Assembly: GCA_945867665.1 (NCBI GenBank)
Contig: CAMBIR010000001.1
Location: 168,578 to 232,577 of the forward strand
Length of the DNA stretch: 64,000 nt
DNA from: an uncultured Bacillota bacterium
Lineage (GTDB): Bacteria; Bacillota_I; Bacilli_A; RF39; UBA660
Direction: 5' to 3'
Within the stretch, counting starts at the first letter, position 1. Each line of letters opens with the position of its first letter. A program made the position numbers and the translations under genes. Below, piece by piece: positions 9,970 through 20,942 of this stretch. The notes below the pieces were generated by a model. It was not told the DNA's origin. It saw only the letters and a list, made by a program, of their open reading frames with translations, and ran no database searches.

Positions 9970-10512
9970 TTATATTTCTTTTAATATTTCTTCTAATCTT
10001 TTTTGATATTCTTCTAAAGTTCCATTATTGAATAAAAAATAGTCTGCATAAGCAATTGGGGGTGCTTTGGCAATATTCTCAATTTCAGCTAAATCTCTAT
10101 TTTGCGCTTCTTTTTTTGTTAATGGTCTTACCTCTCTTGAGGAAAGTCTTTTGTATCTAATTTTTTTATCACAGATGATAGCAATTGTTTTCATTTGTTT
10201 GCCTAATTCGTCATCTAAAATTTTATATTCATCCCAAGAATATAAGCCATCTAAAACGACATTACCCTGGGAGGATAATTCTTTAATTTGCGGCAACAAA
10301 ATTTTAGCAAAAGCTCCCATCCCTAGGTCTTCTCTTAATTTTTCACGCATTATTTTCTCGTTTTCTGGAGTAACTTCTAGTCCTTTTTCTTTTAATTTTG
10401 TTAAAGTTACACCTCCAAAATATACTTTTTGATACCCTTTTTCTACTAATAAATCGGAAGCAACACTTTTTCCACTTCCACACATTCCAACAATGGCTAT
10501 AATCTTATTCAT
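9970..10512 (-). CDS. P-loop NMP-kinase-fold protein (dephospho-CoA kinase/UPF0200-like)
   Basis: IIAIVGMCGSGKS, LREDLGMGA, VLDGLYS, RYKRL..R pattern typical of archaeal-type UPF0200/DPCK-like kinases. Confidence 0.65.
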   Translation of the reverse strand: MNKIIAIVGMCGSGKSVASDLLVEKGYQKVYFGGVTLTKLKEKGLEVTPENEKIMREKLREDLGMGAFAKILLPQIKELSSQGNVVLDGLYSWDEYKILDDELGKQMKTIAIICDKKIRYKRLSSREVRPLTKKEAQNRDLAEIENIAKAPPIAYADYFLFNNGTLEEYQKRLEEILKEI

Positions 10513-11081
10513 ATTCTTTCCTCTTTTCTTAAATTTTTTATTATTTTTAATACTTCTCTATAAAGACTTTCTAAGGAAGTATTTTCTAGTAAATAATCAT
10601 AGTCTTTGTAATTATCTAGGGCTGTTTCGGTAATATCTTCTTGTTGTTCTTTGGTTAAAATACTTAAATAGTTTTTTCTTTCGACGCCAATGGCTAGGAC
10701 ATTAGAGAACTTTTTTCTTATTTCTTCAATTTCTTCTTTAAATCTAACATCAGGAACTAGAACAGCATCCATAAAATAAGAATAAAATGATAAATCTTCT
10801 ATTTGTCTGTTGATAAAGAAGTTTTGGTTATTTAATTCTTTCTTAATTAGTTCACTGCTTAATTTTTGAAGTAAATCTCTGGGTTTATTATCATCGTCAC
10901 GATACTCTCCAGTTATTTCGTAAATATATCTTTTTAAATACTTTGTATAAGGAGAGACAACTACCTTCTTCCCTTCTTTTTTTAATTCTTCTTCAAAAAT
11001 TTTCGCGACTTCGCCTTTTCCACTTCTAGCTTTACCTGCAATTAAAATCATTAAAGTATTTTTCTTTTCAAAATTCATCAT
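10509..11081 (-). CDS. P-loop kinase resembling phage-type deoxynucleoside monophosphate kinase
   Basis: AGKARSGKG, PRDLLQ and VPDVRFKEE motifs; ATGA overlap with the downstream kinase. Confidence 0.6.
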   Translation of the reverse strand: MMNFEKKNTLMILIAGKARSGKGEVAKIFEEELKKEGKKVVVSPYTKYLKRYIYEITGEYRDDDNKPRDLLQKLSSELIKKELNNQNFFINRQIEDLSFYSYFMDAVLVPDVRFKEEIEEIRKKFSNVLAIGVERKNYLSILTKEQQEDITETALDNYKDYDYLLENTSLESLYREVLKIIKNLRKEERI

Positions 11082-11136
11082 CCACCTTAACTTTCTTTTT
11101 TATTATAGCACAAGTGCTATTTAAATGTAAATTTTT

Positions 11137-11646
11137 CTATTTTACTTCACGAAGAGAAAATTTATGATAAAGTGAGTCTACAACAAAATAGGATAATGTT
11201 GTATAAATTATGGTCATTGGCACGCTATGAAGTAATATTTCTAATAGCATTTTAAAACTATAATGATCATATCCTATAGCTAGTAAAAATAGAAAACTAA
11301 GAATATGATAAATGAAAATGGCAATTAGTGTACTGATATTTATAGTTAAATAATTGTAGGGAAAATAAAAATGAAAAAATTTGCTAAAGTAATAAGCAAT
11401 TAAAAATAGACAGGTATTTAAAAGTGCTGCATTGGTGTAAGAAATCCCACTGACAAAACCGGTTATTCCTAGAATCATAAGATATTTTTTATCATTTTCA
11501 AAATAAGGTCTAATGACTAGAAGCGAAATTATGGTATAAAGTGTTGTAAGCCATGACAAACTTTGATAGGTATAACCAATATAGTTGGAAAAAATGGTTT
11601 GAAAAAGATAAGAGAAAATAATTAAAATAATGCTAAGAACCATCAT
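11137..11646 (-). CDS. mreD: Rod shape-determining protein MreD
   Basis: All-hydrophobic 169 aa, overlapping the mreC stop codon. Confidence 0.75.
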   Translation of the reverse strand: MMVLSIILIIFSYLFQTIFSNYIGYTYQSLSWLTTLYTIISLLVIRPYFENDKKYLMILGITGFVSGISYTNAALLNTCLFLIAYYFSKFFHFYFPYNYLTINISTLIAIFIYHILSFLFLLAIGYDHYSFKMLLEILLHSVPMTIIYTTLSYFVVDSLYHKFSLREVK

Positions 11647-12491
11647 GAGGCATCATTCCTTTTTAAAATGGTTACAAAGTTAATATCATCAAATTTGGCG
11701 GATGGTTTTACATTGATAATTTTTGATAAATCATAAACATCTGTCGTAATATTTTCGACTTTACCAATTAAAATTCCACTTGGGAATACACCTCCTAATC
11801 CTGAGGTATAGACATAGTCTCCATTACTAACGGTTGCCGTATTACTAATTCCTTCGACGGTAAGTAGGCCTTTTTCATAGTCATAGCCATTAATAATGCC
11901 AGTTAGTTTGGTATCTCCATTCGTAACCGTTACCGATATTTTATTATTGGTATCATTTGTCGTAATTAACTTTACATCAGAAGAAAAGGTAGAAACATTC
12001 GTAATTTTTCCAATTAATCCCGTAGAATTAATTACTACCATTCCTTCTTTAATTCCGTTATGGCTTCCTTTGTCAATGGTTAACATATTATACCAATAGA
12101 ACGAATTTCTACTAATAACGGTTGCATTTAAATAATCATAATCTGTTAAGACGTGTTCAATATTTAATTCTTCTTTTAATCTTTCAATTTCTTGTTTTAG
12201 TTCGATATTTTCTGCTTCTGTTGATTCCATTTTTTCTACGTTTGATTTTAGAATTTGATTTTCTTTTTTGACATTTTCGAGTGAAGTAAATTCTTCTATC
12301 ATATTATTAAATCCATTGATTGGTTTATAGATAATTTTTTCTATTTCAACGATAGTATCTTTAATGAGTGACTCAAACGTATTTAGATTTCTATCTTTTT
12401 TTACGGTATAGAAAAGTACTGCTAATACAATAATTACAATTAAAAGAATTAAAAAGAGACGTCTATTTTTTGAATTTTTCCTTTTTTTCAT
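11643..12491 (-). CDS. mreC: Rod shape-determining protein MreC
   Basis: TM plus coiled coil, IDKGSHNGIKEGMVVI, GLIGKI, TSGLGGVFPSGILIG. Confidence 0.95.
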   Translation of the reverse strand: MKKRKNSKNRRLFLILLIVIIVLAVLFYTVKKDRNLNTFESLIKDTIVEIEKIIYKPINGFNNMIEEFTSLENVKKENQILKSNVEKMESTEAENIELKQEIERLKEELNIEHVLTDYDYLNATVISRNSFYWYNMLTIDKGSHNGIKEGMVVINSTGLIGKITNVSTFSSDVKLITTNDTNNKISVTVTNGDTKLTGIINGYDYEKGLLTVEGISNTATVSNGDYVYTSGLGGVFPSGILIGKVENITTDVYDLSKIINVKPSAKFDDINFVTILKRNDAS

Positions 12492-12584
12492 TTTATCACC
12501 TTGCTTACTTCATTATATAATAATTTTAGTAAAAATAAAAGAAAAGAGACAAATTTATTTAAAATATTTTTTAATTACTATTTT

Positions 12585-12613
12585 AACAAAAACGCTTTAG
12601 TTCTCATACACTA
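12585..12613 (+). promoter_or_regulatory. Candidate mother-cell (sigmaK/sigmaE-type) promoter
   Basis: aACa (12585-88), 16 bp, CATACACTA (12605-13), then AGGTGA RBS. Confidence 0.5.
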
Positions 12614-12629
12614 CTATAGGTGAAAATTT

Positions 12630-12833
12630 ATGAGAAATAATTTAAATCGTTTTTTTAGAAATTGTATTGGTTTTAAGTTTTATGTTGCGATTATTTGTGT
12701 TATTATTTTACCTATTGTTACGATTTATCAGTTAATTTTAACACTTTTTATTCCTTGTTTTTATAATGTATTAATTCTTTTAGTTCAATATTTACTCTTA
12801 CTTTCTTTATGGTTTTGGACGTTATTTTTATAA
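12630..12833 (+). CDS. Small hydrophobic protein (2 TM), candidate sporulation gene
   Basis: 67 aa, good RBS, fills an otherwise empty intergenic gap, sporulation-type promoter upstream. Confidence 0.55.
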   Translation: MRNNLNRFFRNCIGFKFYVAIICVIILPIVTIYQLILTLFIPCFYNVLILLVQYLLLLSLWFWTLFL

Positions 12834-12872
12834 AATACTTCTTATTATTTTTCTAAAGTAAAAAAAGAAGAA

Positions 12873-13184
12873 CTATTTTTTCTTCTTTACCCAGTATTTA
12901 ATCAAATAAATTAAAAAATAAATATATAGTAGGAATAATATCCATATTAGAATTGTATTTAGTATTCCTGTTGAATAATGATTGATTACTGACTCTAATG
13001 AGGAAGGAATATACTTGGTAACAAATTCTGTTAAGGCAGATATTTTTATTAATTCTATTAATTTATGAAATAATCTAAAAGTAATATCAATAATTCCTAA
13101 AAAATAAACTACACTTTTAAAATCTTTAAAAAATAGTCCTACTATGATAATGGCTACTACTAGTAATATTAATACAACATCCAT
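12873..13184 (-). CDS. Small membrane protein, unknown function
   Basis: Three hydrophobic segments, GGGAG RBS. Confidence 0.7.
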   Translation of the reverse strand: MDVVLILLVVAIIIVGLFFKDFKSVVYFLGIIDITFRLFHKLIELIKISALTEFVTKYIPSSLESVINHYSTGILNTILIWILFLLYIYFLIYLIKYWVKKKK

Positions 13185-13222
13185 TTTACTACTCCCTTTC
13201 TAATGAAATTAAATAAAAATCA

Positions 13223-13519
13223 TCAATTAAAAGCTCCCATAAACATCTTGATTAAAATACCAAAGATAATTATAAATGCTAGTACAAATATTATATCAAA
13301 AAGTATTGTAAAAGGATTAAAAAACATGAATTTTAAAATTGTTTTCATTTGTTTTTCTTGCTTTTCGCTAATACTCGTTTTTTTTAATTCACTGTTGTGA
13401 TTATCACATTCATTAATTGAAAATGAGGTATTACAATACTTACAAGTTGCTAAAGTATCTTTTTCGTTAATTTCTATTTTGGCACCGCAATTTTTACATT
13501 TTAACTCTTTTAACTCCAT
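13223..13519 (-). CDS. Zinc-ribbon protein with C-terminal membrane anchor
   Basis: CKNCG...CKYCN, C-terminal TM, AAGGAG RBS. Confidence 0.7.
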   Translation of the reverse strand: MELKELKCKNCGAKIEINEKDTLATCKYCNTSFSINECDNHNSELKKTSISEKQEKQMKTILKFMFFNPFTILFDIIFVLAFIIIFGILIKMFMGAFN

Positions 13520-13606
13520 AAAATAACTCCTTTGCTTCTATTTAAGTATAACATAAAATTCTTATAAATTAGATAGATAATAAAATAAATAAAGTGATTT
13601 TACACT

Positions 13607-14746
13607 TTATTTATTTAAAAATTTATAGTATTTTTTGAATTCTTGGGAAGTATCTAATGAAGTATTATTTAAAGATTCTATTAACTTCTTTTGATCTCTT
13701 GTTAGTTTTTCAGGAACAATTACTTTGGTGATAACATACATATCCCCTTTTCTTTTAATGGAACTAGTAACGCTAGTGACACCTTTTCCTTTTAATCTTA
13801 ATTTTGTTCCTGATTGTGTCCCGGCTGGAATGGATAAGTTGACATTTCCATAAAGGGTTGGTACTTCTTTTTTACACCCTAGTATAGCCTCAGTTATCGT
13901 AAGAGGAAGTTCAATATAAATATCATCTTCATCTCTTTGATAAAACTCATGATCTCTAACTGTAAATTCTACGTATAAATCTCCTGGCTTTCCTCCATTT
14001 AATCCGGCTTCACCTTTTCCTGCAACGCGAAGGCGGTTATCGGTATCAATTCCTTCTGGAATAGTAATCGTAATTTCTTTTGATTTTTTGATGGTTCCAT
14101 TGCCATGACAGGTTGAACATTTTTTTTCAAATGTTGTTCCTGACCCTTTACAATTTGGACAAGTCGTTTTTGTTAAGAAACTACCAAACATTGTTCTTTG
14201 CTCAGAAGTTACTGTTCCAGATCCTCTACAGGTTGAACAAGTATTTGGATTAAAGCCACCTTTTCCATCACAGTCTGGGCAAGTATCCACTACATCTAAT
14301 TTTAAATCTTTTTTGCAACCATGAACGGCTTCTTCAAAGTCAATGGTCATTCGATATAAGACATCGTTTCCTTTTCTTGGACCATTAGAACTTCTTCTTG
14401 AGCCTGATTGCGTAAATCCGGAAAATCCGCCGAAACCTCCCATTCCTCCAAATAAATCTTCGAAAATATCTGACATATCGCCGAAATCAAAATTACTAAA
14501 TCCACCAGTACCACCTGCTCCTTGACTAAAGGCTGCATGACCAAATTGATCGTACTGACGTCTTTTATCTGGGTCAGATAGTACGGCATAGGCTTCTTGA
14601 CATTCTTTAAATTTTTCAGCAGCATTTTCTTCTGTTGATACATCGGGGTGATATTTTTTTGCTAGTTTTCGAAAGGCAGACTTTATTTCCGCATCCGATG
14701 CGTCTTTGGAGACCCCTAGGACTTCATAATAATCTTTTTTATCCAT
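13607..14746 (-). CDS. dnaJ: Chaperone DnaJ
   Basis: J domain with HPD, G/F region, four CxxCxGxG repeats. Confidence 0.97.
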   Translation of the reverse strand: MDKKDYYEVLGVSKDASDAEIKSAFRKLAKKYHPDVSTEENAAEKFKECQEAYAVLSDPDKRRQYDQFGHAAFSQGAGGTGGFSNFDFGDMSDIFEDLFGGMGGFGGFSGFTQSGSRRSSNGPRKGNDVLYRMTIDFEEAVHGCKKDLKLDVVDTCPDCDGKGGFNPNTCSTCRGSGTVTSEQRTMFGSFLTKTTCPNCKGSGTTFEKKCSTCHGNGTIKKSKEITITIPEGIDTDNRLRVAGKGEAGLNGGKPGDLYVEFTVRDHEFYQRDEDDIYIELPLTITEAILGCKKEVPTLYGNVNLSIPAGTQSGTKLRLKGKGVTSVTSSIKRKGDMYVITKVIVPEKLTRDQKKLIESLNNTSLDTSQEFKKYYKFLNK

Positions 14747-14873
14747 CTTTATTCCTACTTTCTAATCTTCTCATCTTTATTTAAAGATAAAGAAATTGAG
14801 ATTGCTTTTAATCCAATATTTTGACCATTTTATTCAAATACGGATTTTTGGCACCACTTTTTGATTTTTAAAA

Positions 14874-14905
14874 GAAGAAGTTCTAGTTACCTAGAACTTG
14901 TTTCT
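14874..14905 (-). terminator. Intrinsic terminator/attenuator between dnaK and dnaJ
   Basis: AAGTTCTAG-loop-CTAGAACTT hairpin directly after the dnaK stop. Confidence 0.6.
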
Positions 14906-14906
14906 A

Positions 14907-16745
<1,839 letters not shown>

Positions 16746-16757
16746 TCACCTTTCCTT

Positions 16758-16985
16758 TTATTTATTATCATGACTTTTTTCATCAATAATGACAATTTTT
16801 TTCTTTTTCTTCTTCCTATTTTCCTCTTTATTGCTACTGCTTGACTTTAATTTTTCATAAATGAAATAAGCAAGCAAGGCTACTAGAATAAATGGTAGTG
16901 CCCATAGCATAAAGCGAATAGCAAGGTAAGATAGTAATACTGCTACTACAATATAAATGATATTTTTTATCTTTTCTTTATCCAT
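16758..16985 (-). CDS. Small membrane protein inserted in the dnaK operon
   Basis: 75 aa, two TM helices and a Lys-rich tail; AAGGAG RBS; 10 and 18 bp gaps to grpE and dnaK. Confidence 0.7.
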   Translation of the reverse strand: MDKEKIKNIIYIVVAVLLSYLAIRFMLWALPFILVALLAYFIYEKLKSSSSNKEENRKKKKKKIVIIDEKSHDNK

Positions 16986-16995
16986 TTATATCTCC

Positions 16996-17607
16996 TTATT
17001 CATTTACTTTTACCATAGCAGGTCTTACTACTCTATCTTTGTAGGTATAACCTTTTTGCAGTACTTCTAAGATAACACCCGCGGGTTTTGTCTCATCATG
17101 GTCAGTTAGGACGGCGTGATGAAATTCAGGGTCAAATTCTAGACCTTCCGCAGCGATTTCTTTTACTTCAAATTTGTTTAATATTCCTACTGTTGTGGTA
17201 TAAATTAACTTAAATCCTGCTAAAAACTTAGATACTTCATCAGATAAATCATCATCATCCATCTTGATTGCTCGCTCAAAGTTATCTACAACCGTTAATA
17301 ATTCTTTAATTAAATCTTCATTTTTATATTTTAATACTTTCTCGCTTTCTTCTTCTTTTCTTCTTTTATAATTTTGAAGTTCCGCTTGATTTCTTAAAAG
17401 GGCTTCTTGCAAGGAACCAACCCGTTGATTTAATTCCTCTATCTGTTTTGATTTTTCTTCTAAGTCTTTTTCTAGTTGTTCTCTTTTTTCTTTACTGCAC
17501 TTACATTCTTTTTCTTCGGTTACTTCTTCTTTAGTATTTTCTTTATTTAATTCTTCTTTTTCATTATTCATCACTTCTTTTTCATGATGATTTTTATGTT
17601 TACTCAT
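16996..17607 (-). CDS. grpE: Nucleotide exchange factor GrpE
   Basis: AELQNYKRR, DNFERA, FDPEFHHAV, QKGY...RVVRPAMVKV. Confidence 0.96.
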   Translation of the reverse strand: MSKHKNHHEKEVMNNEKEELNKENTKEEVTEEKECKCSKEKREQLEKDLEEKSKQIEELNQRVGSLQEALLRNQAELQNYKRRKEEESEKVLKYKNEDLIKELLTVVDNFERAIKMDDDDLSDEVSKFLAGFKLIYTTTVGILNKFEVKEIAAEGLEFDPEFHHAVLTDHDETKPAGVILEVLQKGYTYKDRVVRPAMVKVNE

Positions 17608-18595
17608 TTCCGCCTCCTAAATGATTTTTAATATAATCTAGTAGACTAACTACTTTATCATATTCCATTCTTTTGGGTCCCACAATTGCAATTGTTCCTT
17701 CTTCTCCGTTGACATTATATTTTGTCTTTACAACAGAAGTATCATCTGTAATTTCTGATTCACTACCAACATAGATATGAATGCCATTATTTTCTTCTTC
17801 TTTGATTGAACTTACATCCTCAAATTTAGAAAGAATTTCTTTTACTTTTTCAATATTAGTAAATTCTGGTTGCTTCAAGAAATTATTCTTTCCAACAAAA
17901 TGAACATCATTGCTACTGCTAGTGAATTCAGAGAAGGCATCATAAAAGGCATTGTATAATACTTCGTGCTGTTTGACATACTTCCCAATAATTGGTTTTA
18001 CTTCGTACTCTAGTTTTTCAGAGATTTCATTAATCGGTGTTCCTACAACTAGTTTATTAATGAGTTCTACTGTTTTTCTTACATCATCTGTCGATATTGT
18101 ACTGGGTAAGTATAAATTCTTATGTTCAACAATTCCTTTATCTGTAATAACAATTGTTAGGATTTTGTTTTCTTCTAAAGGGACAATTTCTACTTGCTTT
18201 AGGCGATTTGCCTTAGCATTTGTTCCTAATACTATGGAGGTGTAATTGGTAATTTCAGAGACAATTTCAATACTTTTTTTAATTGTATCCGATAAATCAA
18301 GGGATTGGTTTTTAAAAATTGTTTGTAATTTTAGCATATCTTCCCCGGTCATGTTCTTTGGTTGCATTAAGTTATCCACATAATATTTGTATCCCTTTTC
18401 ACTAGGAATTCTTCCCGAGGCAAAGTGGTTTTTCTCCAAATATCCCAAATCTTCTAAGTAAACCATTTCGTTACGAACGGTAGCACTAGAACATTTGATA
18501 TTCTTGCAAATATGGGAGGAACTTACTGGCTTTGCAGTTTTGATATACTCTTCTACAATGATTCTTAAAATTTGATTTTCTCTTTCCGATATCAT
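17600..18595 (-). CDS. hrcA: Heat-inducible transcription repressor HrcA
   Basis: SSATVRNEM..LE..GYL..HFASGRIPS, C-terminal GPKRMEY; first gene of the dnaK operon. Confidence 0.96.
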   Translation of the reverse strand: MISERENQILRIIVEEYIKTAKPVSSSHICKNIKCSSATVRNEMVYLEDLGYLEKNHFASGRIPSEKGYKYYVDNLMQPKNMTGEDMLKLQTIFKNQSLDLSDTIKKSIEIVSEITNYTSIVLGTNAKANRLKQVEIVPLEENKILTIVITDKGIVEHKNLYLPSTISTDDVRKTVELINKLVVGTPINEISEKLEYEVKPIIGKYVKQHEVLYNAFYDAFSEFTSSSNDVHFVGKNNFLKQPEFTNIEKVKEILSKFEDVSSIKEEENNGIHIYVGSESEITDDTSVVKTKYNVNGEEGTIAIVGPKRMEYDKVVSLLDYIKNHLGGGNE

Positions 18596-18608
18596 TTTTA
18601 CACCTCCT

Positions 18609-18682
18609 TTAGCAGTTCTCTTTCTTGAATGCTAGATTCATTATAGTATATTATATTAGCAATGTCAAGAAATAATTGCTAA
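18609..18682 (-). promoter_or_regulatory. Two CIRCE-like operators plus sigmaA promoter of the hrcA-dnaK operon
   Basis: Minus strand: TTAGCAATT-N9-CATTGCTAA (18682-18656) over TTGACA (18668-63); TATAAT (18645-40), 17-bp spacer; CTAGCATTC-N9-AACTGCTAA (18635-18609) next to the AGGAGG RBS. Confidence 0.85.
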
Positions 18683-18750
18683 TTTTTAAAAAAAAGAAAA
18701 ATACTGATTAAAAAGATACATTTTAGTAAAGATAATCCTAAAAAGTATTA

Positions 18751-19692
18751 CTATTTTCTTTTTATTTTTTTACGAGGAATATTTAGTTGATAAGTTGTTT
18801 CAGATATTTTATAAGTATTATCATTATAGAGAATATATTGTTTGCATGTTGCATGATGTATTTTATTATAATCTTTTGAAATATGATACTCTATATCTAA
18901 AAAACTTGGAATGATTCCTGAAGATAATCTCTCCTCGCTAGAACTTGGTACGGTTACGACAAAATTACTTCCTAAATTATTGGCTTTAAATTCATGGCTA
19001 TGTCCTTTATAAAGAATAGCGTTTGTAATTTGTGGATATTCTACAGACTGACTTGTAATAGGATGTTTTAGATAAAAGAAAAAGTCATTAATTGTAGTCT
19101 GCCCTACTCCATAGCCTAATGGGGCGATGTCATGTCTTCTTTCTTTTATGATGTAAGAAATATCGATTCCTGAATTCTTCCAGATGCTAAAGTCATGATT
19201 TCCCAAAACAAGGAAATTGAGAATATTTTTATCATAGGGGAAATCGTGTAAAATATTGTAAATGGTCTTTTCAATACTAGAGTACTTTCGTGTTTTTTCT
19301 CTTTCTTGGTAAATACCATCAAAGAAATCACCTGTATTAAAGATAAGATGAATTCCTTCTTTGGTGGCATATTCTCTCATTATATGAGCATTTTTCATGT
19401 TATCATAAGTACTTCCATAGTGGGCATCTGATGTTACTAACATTCGAATGGAAGAAATGTTCGTGTCTGCATTAATTTTGGTGATATTTTCTTCTTTTTT
19501 TAGTGGTGAAGATGACTGATAATAAATATCTCCTTTAATGTTATAAATTTTTTCAAAAAGATAGCCACTATTTTTTAACATGGATAATTTTAAAAACAAT
19601 TGTTTTTGACTTAACTTGGTGATCTCACAAATTTGATTCAATGATTTTCCTTCTTTTATTAATTGGATTAACTCTAGCATCGATTCTTGCAC
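18751..19692 (-). CDS. Calcineurin-like metallophosphoesterase with N-terminal HTH-like region
   Basis: DAH, GD, GNHD, H and GHSH motifs; N-terminal GKSLNQICEITKLS helix-turn-helix-like segment. Confidence 0.8.
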   Translation of the reverse strand: MQESMLELIQLIKEGKSLNQICEITKLSQKQLFLKLSMLKNSGYLFEKIYNIKGDIYYQSSSPLKKEENITKINADTNISSIRMLVTSDAHYGSTYDNMKNAHIMREYATKEGIHLIFNTGDFFDGIYQEREKTRKYSSIEKTIYNILHDFPYDKNILNFLVLGNHDFSIWKNSGIDISYIIKERRHDIAPLGYGVGQTTINDFFFYLKHPITSQSVEYPQITNAILYKGHSHEFKANNLGSNFVVTVPSSSEERLSSGIIPSFLDIEYHISKDYNKIHHATCKQYILYNDNTYKISETTYQLNIPRKKIKRK

Positions 19693-19817
19693 AATAATCC
19701 CCCTTTGATTAATTTGTTGTTATTATAAAGTATTTTATTTTAGAAGTAAAGAAAAAGAGAAGTATTTTTCATGATGAATACTCATATATTTTTATTGTGA
19801 AAGAAAGGAGCAAATTC

Positions 19818-20207
19818 ATGAATAATAGTGCTTATTACCCTAACCCTAATTATCAGCCGGGAAAAAATAGTCAGATGCCTGCGACAAATGTGCCTACTTA
19901 TGATGCTACTCAGTTACCTAACGCGATGTATCAAGCAACTTCAATTCCTGATGAACAATCTTATGTTGAAAATATTTTAAGATTAAATCGTGGAAAGAAA
20001 GCAAGATTCCATGTTACAGTGCCTGGTTCTATTGAATGGCAAGACCGTGTATTTGAGGGAATTATTGAACAGTCTGGAAAAGACCATTTAATTGTATCAA
20101 ATCCTAATACGGGAGAGTGGTATTTAATTTTAATGATTTATTTAGACTTTGTAACATTTGAAGAACCAATTAATTATAAAAAAGAATTTTATTTACCAAA
20201 TCATTAA
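19818..20207 (+). CDS. gerQ: Spore coat protein GerQ
   Basis: EQSYVENILRLNRGK...W..RVFEGIIEQSGKDHLIVS...YLDFVTFEEPINY; ATG 19818 after GAAAGGAG; CATATATT sigmaE-like -10 at 19783. Confidence 0.9.
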   Translation: MNNSAYYPNPNYQPGKNSQMPATNVPTYDATQLPNAMYQATSIPDEQSYVENILRLNRGKKARFHVTVPGSIEWQDRVFEGIIEQSGKDHLIVSNPNTGEWYLILMIYLDFVTFEEPINYKKEFYLPNH

Positions 20208-20291
20208 TTTCTTTTGGTTTTAAGAAAAATGTAAAGTAGGAGGATAAATATTTACAATAGCAAATATTTTTTGCTATAATGTTATTGGGAA

Positions 20292-20861
20292 GTGATAATA
20301 TTGGACTCTTTGATGCTAATCTTACTGGGAATGATTTTGGTCATTTGTATTTTCTTTTTTATCTATACGACGCTTTATAATAAATTGCAAGATTATATTA
20401 TTCGTATTAATGAAGTAGAAGCCATGATCGATAATCATTTAAGAAATAAATATGATGCGATTAATAAGTGTGTTTCTTTGATTAAGGGAAATGATAAAAT
20501 TACTGAAGAAAAAGATAAGAAACTTTTTGAAGAAATTGTAAGATTAAGAACAAAGAAAATATCTAATTTTGATTTGGATAGAAAATTAATTGAAGCTGAA
20601 AACAATCTTATTACTTTAAAAGAAAAATATCCAGATTTAAGAGAGAATAAAGATATAATTGCACTTAGTAAAAAAATAGAAGAAGTTAATGAGAATTTAA
20701 TTGTAGGAAGGGAATATTATAATAAAAATATTTTAGAATATAATAAGTTAGTTAAGTTATTTCCAACAAATATTGTAGCGATGATTTGTAAATATGAAGA
20801 AAAGATGTTCTTTGATCGAAAAGATATGTCTGATGATGATTATGATGACTTTAAATTATAA
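20292..20861 (+). CDS. LemA family protein
   Basis: N-terminal TM, YNKL, EKYPDL, REYYN..YN....FPTNIVA. Confidence 0.85.
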   Translation: MIILDSLMLILLGMILVICIFFFIYTTLYNKLQDYIIRINEVEAMIDNHLRNKYDAINKCVSLIKGNDKITEEKDKKLFEEIVRLRTKKISNFDLDRKLIEAENNLITLKEKYPDLRENKDIIALSKKIEEVNENLIVGREYYNKNILEYNKLVKLFPTNIVAMICKYEEKMFFDRKDMSDDDYDDFKL

Positions 20862-20942
20862 AGAGTACTTTACCTACTCTTTTTCCTTATTTTAAAATAA
20901 GTTAATTTTAAGTATTTTTACAATAGAAAGAGGTGCATTTTA

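Noticed and set aside
11105-11120. ATAGCAC-AA-GTGCTAT palindrome resembling CIRCE arms; similar ATAGCAAA-N5-TTTGCTAT at 20257-20277
   Set aside because: No 9-bp spacer, the spacers differ between the two sites, and one arm is simply the extended -10 TGcTATAAT common in this genome.
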